Source: an uncultured Bacillota bacterium (GTDB lineage: Bacteria > Bacillota > Clostridia > Christensenellales > UBA1242). From it: 64,000 nucleotides of DNA. Below, in pieces: positions 57,372 through 64,000 of this stretch. The position numbers were made by a program, and so were the translations under genes. The stretch's first letter is position 1, and each line of letters begins with the position of its first letter. The notes under the pieces were generated by a model. That model saw only the letters and a program-made list of their open reading frames with translations. It did not search any database and was not told the origin of the DNA. The DNA is taken from assembly GCA_947053645.1 (NCBI GenBank), contig CAMRTM010000001.1, positions 105,583 to 169,582 of the forward strand, in the 5' to 3' direction.

Positions 57372-58374
57372 AAAAGTTTTCGACAATTTTATTGAGTAAT
57401 ACCTCATCATCCAACAGTTTTCCTGCACCTTTAATGGTAACATATTCTCCGTCATGCCTTACTACAACTGCTGGAAAACGGAAATTGCGTTTTAAGTATT
57501 CATCAAAGCCTGCCATACGGGCAAGACCTCCCACAAACATAACTCCATTATTTATTATATCTGTGGAAATTTCTGGAGGAAGGGATGTAATGGTAACTTC
57601 TACCGCTTTTATTATTTCATTAAAATATGGTTCTATAATTGGATACAAATCTTTAGCAGTGATAATATATGTTGTTGGTATTTTGGTTTCTAGTTCAACA
57701 CCAGTAACTTCCATATTTAATGTATCATTTATAAATAAACTGCCCACCGCACTCTTTAAGGCTTCCGCAGTGCCAAGGCCTAGCACTATTCCCTTTCTAT
57801 AGGCTATTTCATGGGCGATTGCACTATCTATTGCTCTTCCGCCTATTCCGAGAGTAGCACCTTTTATTAGGCTATTCATATTGATTACTGCGATATCGGT
57901 GTTTGCTCCGCCCATGCTTACTACCATGGTTGTCCTTGTAGAACTGATATTTTTACCAACACCAAGGCAGGCACACATAACTGAAGGCACAAGTGCAACC
58001 TCTTTAAAACCTACGCTATGGAGAAGTTTTTGATACAGATTTCTATCTTCATTTGACAAGGCACAATTTACAAGCACCATTACATTTTCGCGTTTCTTTC
58101 TATACTCTACCTTTTTGAAAAAGTACTCTAAAAGTTTTTGGCAATATTCATAATTCACTATTACGCCATTTACTATTGGACTAAAAACCTCGACAGAATC
58201 ATCTGTCTTTCCCATAAGTTTCTTTGCCTCTTTACCAAGTGCCAACACCTTATACCCTTCTGGTGTTGGTTTTGCCGCAACAAGAGTTGGCTCGCAAAGT
58301 GCAAAACCACTATCTTTAACATATATTTTTGTGTTTGCTCCGCCCATTTCTATGGCATATTTATATCTTACCAT
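57370..58374 (-). CDS. Divergent MreB/Mbl-like actin homologue with degenerate ATPase motifs
   Basis: EPTLVA, GKEAKKLMGKT, SPIVNGVI, IGGRAID, AEALKSAVG, ISTDIINNGVMFVGG; the phosphate motifs read IEMGGAN and VSMGGAN. Confidence 0.85.
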   Translation of the reverse strand: MVRYKYAIEMGGANTKIYVKDSGFALCEPTLVAAKPTPEGYKVLALGKEAKKLMGKTDDSVEVFSPIVNGVIVNYEYCQKLLEYFFKKVEYRKKRENVMVLVNCALSNEDRNLYQKLLHSVGFKEVALVPSVMCACLGVGKNISSTRTTMVVSMGGANTDIAVINMNSLIKGATLGIGGRAIDSAIAHEIAYRKGIVLGLGTAEALKSAVGSLFINDTLNMEVTGVELETKIPTTYIITAKDLYPIIEPYFNEIIKAVEVTITSLPPEISTDIINNGVMFVGGLARMAGFDEYLKRNFRFPAVVVRHDGEYVTIKGAGKLLDDEVLLNKIVENF

Positions 58375-58383
58375 TTTTCCTCC

Positions 58384-59742
58384 TTATAACGAAACAGTAT
58401 AGGTTCTTCCTATTAAACCTAATTTTCCATTAAAGTTTATTCTTTCCCCTTTTTTACATCCAAGTAGGAAGTATATGAGGTCATTTCTATCTTTGATAAC
58501 AACTTCAGTTCCATCATTTTTATCCACTGATTGTATTATAAAACCATGTGGAATTCCACTGCCGCTTTCAAGAACTATTACACCCTCTTCATTAAAATTA
58601 AATGTAGAAAAATAATCAGCCTTCTTATAGAAATTTCCATCAAAGTAGTAACTTAATGCACCATTTGCAACGAGTACAACATTGCCCACCCTATTCGCCT
58701 CATTGCTATCAAGCACTTTTAGGCCTAGGGATTTTATTGAATAAATATTTTGTTCGCCCATACTTTCATTCTGGAGAATAACACGATCAAGCACCTGCAT
58801 AATTGGGTAGATTGGCACAAGAAAATTCATACTTGCACTGCCTGAAACCTCTGTATCAAGCCCGAGAGTGGCAAGTCCAATAAGATTGCCATATCTATCA
58901 AAGACACCACCACCCGAATTACCGTTTGTGATATCACAATTCATCATCACTACATTTTCATAGATATTATCATATGCTTGCAATACCTGAGATGGCGATG
59001 AAACTGCATTTCTATCCGTGGTATATTTAAACACGCCATTCAAAAAGTAGGTATAAATTTCAACACCACTGGCTTCAACCATTTCCATGTTTGTGTTTGA
59101 TATATTGCCTAAAGTGAGAGTATTTTTGTATTGAAGGTCGAGTGGAGTACCGATTACAAATATGTCATCATAGAAAAGTTTATCTTCCGCTTTGCAGTCA
59201 ACTATTCTATCTCTCATTTTTATATATCCCATAGAGATGGTTTCAGCGTCTGCACCTTCAAACTCAGAAGTGAGAATGGCAACATCCATATTTCTATCGT
59301 ACCAAACAAGTTTTGCTGGATAATGCGCGGTGCTACCATCCAATTCAATTGAAATTTCTGTCTTATAACTTGAATACATTGGATCACATGCATAACTGAT
59401 TACATGATAATTTGTGGCAAAGTAACTTTGCTTTGCATTATGTTTATATTCAGTTTGATAACCCTCACTTGCCACGCACACACCACTTCCAGAGGAAATA
59501 TTTGTATAACTTCTATCTGGTGCCTTAGATTCAACAATCACAGCAACGCAGGAGTCCTTATATATTTTTGCCATTTCAGTACGGGACATATCTTCGCTTA
59601 CCCGTTCATTTGCACAATAACCGTCTATATCAGGTTTATAAACATTATTATCCGTGAAAAAGATATATGCACCTATTGATACACATAATACAAAAACTAA
59701 GGACATTATTATCGCAAGATAATTCTTTTTCACGCTTTTCAC
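58384..59742 (-). CDS. Trypsin-like S1C serine protease, membrane anchored
   Basis: TNYHV, MDVAIL and ITNGNSGGG catalytic triad; N-terminal TM; PDZ-like C-terminus. Confidence 0.88.
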   Translation of the reverse strand: MKSVKKNYLAIIMSLVFVLCVSIGAYIFFTDNNVYKPDIDGYCANERVSEDMSRTEMAKIYKDSCVAVIVESKAPDRSYTNISSGSGVCVASEGYQTEYKHNAKQSYFATNYHVISYACDPMYSSYKTEISIELDGSTAHYPAKLVWYDRNMDVAILTSEFEGADAETISMGYIKMRDRIVDCKAEDKLFYDDIFVIGTPLDLQYKNTLTLGNISNTNMEMVEASGVEIYTYFLNGVFKYTTDRNAVSSPSQVLQAYDNIYENVVMMNCDITNGNSGGGVFDRYGNLIGLATLGLDTEVSGSASMNFLVPIYPIMQVLDRVILQNESMGEQNIYSIKSLGLKVLDSNEANRVGNVVLVANGALSYYFDGNFYKKADYFSTFNFNEEGVIVLESGSGIPHGFIIQSVDKNDGTEVVIKDRNDLIYFLLGCKKGERINFNGKLGLIGRTYTVSL

Positions 59743-59755
59743 CTTTTTCCTTTGT

Positions 59756-61252
59756 TTAAATTATCTGTAAACTCTTTTTAAACACCTTTCTATAGTCGTC
59801 AGCAACCTTCATTCCTTCCATTATTTCAAAGGTTACATCTCCCTCTACCACCGTTTTCATGATTATAGAATCGCCAAGTATATCACAGATAATATCTGAG
59901 ATAAGTGGTTTTTTGGAAGCATTAAGTGCAACTGCAAGTTTTACTATTACTCCAAGTTTTCTTACGGCGTCAAGGTCTTCCTCAGTGACAATATCTTTAT
60001 ATTTCATCCAATCTGCGAGTGAGAAGTTATCAAGGTCTTGACACAAGCAGATGAAAGAAGCAAGAAGTAATTCCCTATGACTTACACCAACTAGTCCAGA
60101 ATTGAGTATGGTCTGGAAACCATGTTTCGCATAATCGTTGTAATTAATCACCCTTCCACTATCATAAAGTTGGGCTGCAATGCGAAGAGGTTTTATGTAA
60201 AATCTAGGGAGTTTATGCATTACCTTTAACTGTTTAAACAGTATGACTGCCATGGTGTAGACATGAATATTTATCGCATGGTCTTCTGGCATAAATTCAC
60301 AGTAGGAATCTACTGAATTTGCAAGAAGGTCGTTAAATTTTTCTTGCGATGGAAGTGCAACAGTAGCGTGTACAAGTCCCTCCACTACATTTGCTGTAGA
60401 CACAGTGATTTCTTTGGCATTGAGGGCTTTATAAAATCCTCTTATAATTGCTAGTCCGCCGCCTATACATTCAGCCTCAGATTCAGCAATTCCCTTGATT
60501 TTCTTAAGTCTATCAAGATCTATTCCCTTAATGAAGTTTACTGTCTGTTCCATTACATCTTGTGATACATTATAGTTATTATCAAGGTCGAGTGGATATC
60601 TTGATATTTTCTTCGCAATATGTCCGAAAGAAAGGAAAGAATTTCCAGTCCCAACAAAAAGGCTCTCCTCCTCCGCAGATGGAAGAAAATCAAGTTTCCT
60701 TACCTCCTGTTCAATTAGGCTTTCCATTTCATCAAAACTTCTTGTCTTGCCATTCTCATCGGTCATGATATTCATTGCACCATAACCTATAACATGGCTT
60801 GCAAGTATCGTTCTTCTATTATATTTTATAAAATGTGTGGAATATGAACCAATGTTTATTAAGTAACCCTTGGAATAGTCGATTGAGTTTATTGTCGCTC
60901 CATAAACATTTTTAATAATATCTTCTTCGTCAAATACAGTGAAACTTATTCCTGTGTTATTATATATCTCTTCAATAAAACCATGATAATTCCTTGCTTT
61001 CAAAAGTATGTTTGTTGCAAAAGCAATGATCTTTGACGCTTTATAAGTTTCAATTAGTTTACGATATATCTTCAATACTTCAAGTAATTCATTCTTAGTC
61101 TTTGGGCGTAATAATTCCTCTTCCATTATCTCTTGACCAAGTTTTAAAGGTTGGCATGCACTATGTGTAAGCGAGTATCTGCCATTGCTTGTCTTATATA
61201 TGAGGAGTTTTAATTCCTTATCATTTAATTCTATTACCGCTAAATTTGACAT
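59756..61252 (-). CDS. Ppx/GppA-family protein with degenerate catalytic motifs
   Basis: AVIELNDKELKL (cf. DIGSNS), FATNILLKARN, DEEDIIK (cf. GEEEA), INIGSYSTH (cf. DIGGGSTE) and an HD-like C-terminal domain. Confidence 0.85.
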   Translation of the reverse strand: MSNLAVIELNDKELKLLIYKTSNGRYSLTHSACQPLKLGQEIMEEELLRPKTKNELLEVLKIYRKLIETYKASKIIAFATNILLKARNYHGFIEEIYNNTGISFTVFDEEDIIKNVYGATINSIDYSKGYLINIGSYSTHFIKYNRRTILASHVIGYGAMNIMTDENGKTRSFDEMESLIEQEVRKLDFLPSAEEESLFVGTGNSFLSFGHIAKKISRYPLDLDNNYNVSQDVMEQTVNFIKGIDLDRLKKIKGIAESEAECIGGGLAIIRGFYKALNAKEITVSTANVVEGLVHATVALPSQEKFNDLLANSVDSYCEFMPEDHAINIHVYTMAVILFKQLKVMHKLPRFYIKPLRIAAQLYDSGRVINYNDYAKHGFQTILNSGLVGVSHRELLLASFICLCQDLDNFSLADWMKYKDIVTEEDLDAVRKLGVIVKLAVALNASKKPLISDIICDILGDSIIMKTVVEGDVTFEIMEGMKVADDYRKVFKKSLQII

Positions 61253-61259
61253 ACCCACC

Positions 61260-61430
61260 TCACTTCTTTAATTCAATCGCCGCCACTGGACAACTCGCTT
61301 CACAAGCGCCACAATGAATACATTTCTTAGGGTCTATTTGTGCCTTACCTTGATTATCAAATGAGATTGCTCCCACTGGGCAAATTGCAACACAGGTTCC
61401 GCAACCTATACATTTATTCTTATCTACCAT
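61260..61430 (-). CDS. 2[4Fe-4S] ferredoxin (56 aa)
   Basis: Hand translation MVDKNKCIGCGTCVAICPVGAISFDNQGKAQIDPKKCIHCGACEASCPVAAIELKK*; two CxxCxxCxxxCP motifs; GGAGG RBS. Below the ORF-track cutoff. Confidence 0.95.
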   Translation of the reverse strand: MVDKNKCIGCGTCVAICPVGAISFDNQGKAQIDPKKCIHCGACEASCPVAAIELKK

Positions 61431-61481
61431 CTAATCCTCCGTTTATGGAGTAAGTTTATCATAGATTTCAATCAAAGTAAA

Positions 61482-61844
61482 CTATTTTTTAAAAACTTTA
61501 ATAAATTCTATCACTGAAAGTAGGCATAAAAACACCCCAAAGGCTATTCGTAGCACTTTGGAAGGCAGGTACCCTGCTAAAATTGCACCTAATGCCGAGA
61601 AAGCAATTCCGCTTAGGATTATATACACAAGCCCCCTGCCCTTGATATACCCATTCTTATAGTGTATAATAAGTGCAATGATTGCCATGATTAAAAATGA
61701 AAGAAGATTGATTCCTTGGCTTAATTTTTGATCCATTCCTAAGAAAATTGTTAGAAGTGGAATGAGCAGTGTGCCGCCTCCCATACCTAATCCGCCAAAT
61801 ATTCCACCCAGGAAGCCAAATAGTATATATAGAAAAATTGTCAT
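61482..61844 (-). CDS. TauE/SafE (TSUP) half-size membrane protein
   Basis: GIFGGLGMGGGTLLIPLL and QGINLLSF. Confidence 0.88.
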   Translation of the reverse strand: MTIFLYILFGFLGGIFGGLGMGGGTLLIPLLTIFLGMDQKLSQGINLLSFLIMAIIALIIHYKNGYIKGRGLVYIILSGIAFSALGAILAGYLPSKVLRIAFGVFLCLLSVIEFIKVFKK

Positions 61845-62323
61845 AGGATTAATTTGATACCTCCTATAAACATGATTATTGCGAATATTACCCTTATCGC
61901 TTTGGGTGGCATGACTTTAAGAGCATATGACCCTAATATTCCACCTAAGACAACCCCAGCACCTACACTGACAAGTGGAAGGGAACTTATGTAGCCATTT
62001 AGCACATATATGAAAGCACTTATAAGGCTTAATGGAAAAATTACCGCAATTGCTGAAGCGTGTGCCTGTTTATTATTCAGTTTTAGTACTTTTTCTAGGA
62101 TTGGCACGCATACCATTCCGCCCCCACCGCCAAAAAAGCCATTGAGAAGGCCTATCACGCTACCGCTTAAGATTAGCAATAATTTCTCTTTAATTTTCTT
62201 GTTTGCTTTCTTTCTTTTTGGGCAAAAATATTTATGCTGAACGAGGGTACGAGAAAGTTTGGGTTTATCTTCTTTTACAATCCCTTTCTCTACTTTAAAA
62301 TTTATCTTTTTCCCCTCTTTCAT
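61841..62323 (-). CDS. TauE/SafE (TSUP) half-size membrane protein
   Basis: GLLNGFFGGGGGMVCVP and AHASAIAVIFP; the true start may be later than 62323. Confidence 0.85.
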   Translation of the reverse strand: MKEGKKINFKVEKGIVKEDKPKLSRTLVQHKYFCPKRKKANKKIKEKLLLILSGSVIGLLNGFFGGGGGMVCVPILEKVLKLNNKQAHASAIAVIFPLSLISAFIYVLNGYISSLPLVSVGAGVVLGGILGSYALKVMPPKAIRVIFAIIMFIGGIKLIL

Positions 62324-62440
62324 AGTTATTATTATAAATAATTGTATAAAAAATATTTAAAGGGTGGAAATTTTACTTGCCTTCTTGCCTCGTACATGAT
62401 ATACTTTTGGAGTATTAACAAATTTTATTTAAGGTGAAAT

Positions 62441-64000
62441 ATGATTAAGAAAAAGAATATGAAAAAAATTTGCTTTGCACTTGCCCTACCTTTTGCTTTC
62501 TTAGGGGCTGGTTTTATGGGTGGCTCTTTACCTGCTACCGACGGTGCGTCCAACAATAACAAGCAAGACTATATCAACCCTATTTCAGTATATGGTTCTT
62601 CTTTTAATGATGGAATTTCTGGCGAATACTCACAAAGCACGCCTGGGTGGGAGGTAATTTCTGAATACAATGATAGCAACGCTCTCGCGCTAATAATAAA
62701 TACTGGTGAACATTTTAATCAGTACAACTCTAACTACTACATTTCCGAAAACCCATACAAGACTGATGAAGATGACAGAATTTTAATGCTAAACTCTCGC
62801 AAAACGCTTGTGGGCGACAATGTTTCAAGAAGGCTTGCATATAAATCTAATGATATTACACTTAATGCAAACTCCTACTACCGCTTAAGCGTGGACGCTC
62901 TAACAAGTCATGACGGAAAAAACCAAGGCGAATATGATGTTAAAGCATCTATTTATGTCGACGGACTTAAAGATGCACAGGACAAGGAAGTTGTTCTTGG
63001 CTATGAAGGCGTGAACAACACATCTTGGGCAACATATTATTTCTATATCGCAACAGGAAGTGAATCACAGACAGTAAACCTTCAGTTATTCCTTGGTGGA
63101 AGAGAAAACCACTCGACTGGCGTTGTTTTCTTTGACAAGGTATACTTAGAGCAATTTAGTGAAAATACATTTTTCAATGCTGCGATTGACAAAGAATATA
63201 ACTTTACTGACAGCCTTGACACTCACACTACCGACACTAAATTCCTTGTAGACAGACTTCAAGATGAAGAAAGCGACAAAGAATTAAAACTAGATATGAC
63301 GGGCTATAATTTTGATTTTGAAGAATCTCGTCCCGACGATTTTTCTATGCTTGGCGACGCTTGGACTTCCTCTATAACACCTACCTCTCATGCTTGGATT
63401 ATGCCGGTGGTAAGAGGTGCACAGGCTGAATACTTTAGAGAGCAGACCATGAGCAGCCAAAATCCACAGGGTTATCAATATGTGGGTAGCGACCTTAGTT
63501 TTGACAAGTCTAAGGGAAAAGATGGAGAAAACTCCAACGCACTCGTACTCTTTACAGACGGACAGAGCCATGTTTCAGTTAAATCAAAAGACATCACTTT
63601 GAAAGCACATGGAACTTACAAATTCTCGCTTCGTGCAAAAGTGAGTGATATACGCTCTGGCAATTTCACAGTGTCTATAAAGGAAACCGATAAAATTTAT
63701 GAGTGGTACAACATTAAATCACTCTACCCTACACTCGCTTCCACCACTAAGACCTGTGCGACTGAAAATAGCGACAACCCTCTTTACAATGACTACGCGA
63801 CTATAGATATTTTTGTAAAGTGTCACAATGAATACGATACTAATGTTTACCTTGAAATTGCTCTTGGAAATGAAAATGAACTTGCAGAAGGTTGTGTGTT
63901 TATCGACAACATTTCAGTATCACAAATTGACAGCGCTTCCTTCTCTACAGATGGCAACGCTCTGACTATGAAGGTTGCATCCTCTGACCCAGACTTTACA
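62441..64000 (+). CDS. Large secreted/surface protein with repeated beta-sandwich (CBM-like) modules (partial, runs off the window end)
   Basis: Starts MIKKKNMKKICFALALPFAFLGAGF (signal peptide); motifs LNANSYYRLSV, WATYYFYIATG, VFFDKVYL and VFIDNISV. The frame matches at both ends of the stretch; AAGGTG RBS. Not in the ORF track. Confidence 0.8.
   Translation, partial: MIKKKNMKKICFALALPFAFLGAGFMGGSLPATDGASNNNKQDYINPISVYGSSFNDGISGEYSQSTPGWEVISEYNDSNALALIINTGEHFNQYNSNYYISENPYKTDEDDRILMLNSRKTLVGDNVSRRLAYKSNDITLNANSYYRLSVDALTSHDGKNQGEYDVKASIYVDGLKDAQDKEVVLGYEGVNNTSWATYYFYIATGSESQTVNLQLFLGGRENHSTGVVFFDKVYLEQFSENTFFNAAIDKEYNFTDSLDTHTTDTKFLVDRLQDEESDKELKLDMTGYNFDFEESRPDDFSMLGDAWTSSITPTSHAWIMPVVRGAQAEYFREQTMSSQNPQGYQYVGSDLSFDKSKGKDGENSNALVLFTDGQSHVSVKSKDITLKAHGTYKFSLRAKVSDIRSGNFTVSIKETDKIYEWYNIKSLYPTLASTTKTCATENSDNPLYNDYATIDIFVKCHNEYDTNVYLEIALGNENELAEGCVFIDNISVSQIDSASFSTDGNALTMKVASSDPDFT

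Noticed and set aside
61482-62323. TauE gene broken by a frameshift
   Set aside because: Each half begins with its own GxxGGxxGxGGG motif and they overlap ATGA-style; split TSUP pairs are common in Clostridia.

Overview
Low-GC chromosomal window from a spore-forming Clostridia-class bacterium (inferred from spoIVFB, spoIIM, dacF, spoIIIE/ftsK, a PdaB/YlxY-type deacetylase and sigmaE-like promoters). Most genes lie on the minus strand. The backbone is housekeeping: scpAB, miaA-mutL-mutS-miaB, recA, rimO-pgsA, pnp-rpsO, hemZ-rel-recJ, valS, minDE and tRNA-Leu(CAA). Four things stand out. (1) An apparently intact phage-type large terminase stands alone, with no small terminase, portal, capsid or integrase in the window. 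A RinA/ArpU-like HTH protein and a tRNA-Leu locus with att-like debris lie nearby, so this may be a domesticated, GTA-like DNA-packaging module. (2) Several full-length proteins have lost catalytic motifs: a class III cyclase lacking all four catalytic residues, a Rho homologue without Walker A, a long Rel with a dead HD hydrolase but intact synthetase, a degenerate Ppx/GppA and a degenerate MreB in one operon, a degenerate CinA, and a MiaB with no TRAM domain. (3) Many GTCAT-tagged REP-like palindromes occur in eight clusters, and every copy I found points the same way. They sit directly after a near-identical duplicated promoterless HTH gene and after both YpsA/SLOG genes. (4) There are two XRE-XRE/YpsA modules, each with its own triplicated palindromic operator. 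Four CDSs missing from the ORF track were found by hand: 1-278, 3098-3250, 61260-61430 and 62441-64000. All family assignments come from motif recognition by eye; no searches were run.
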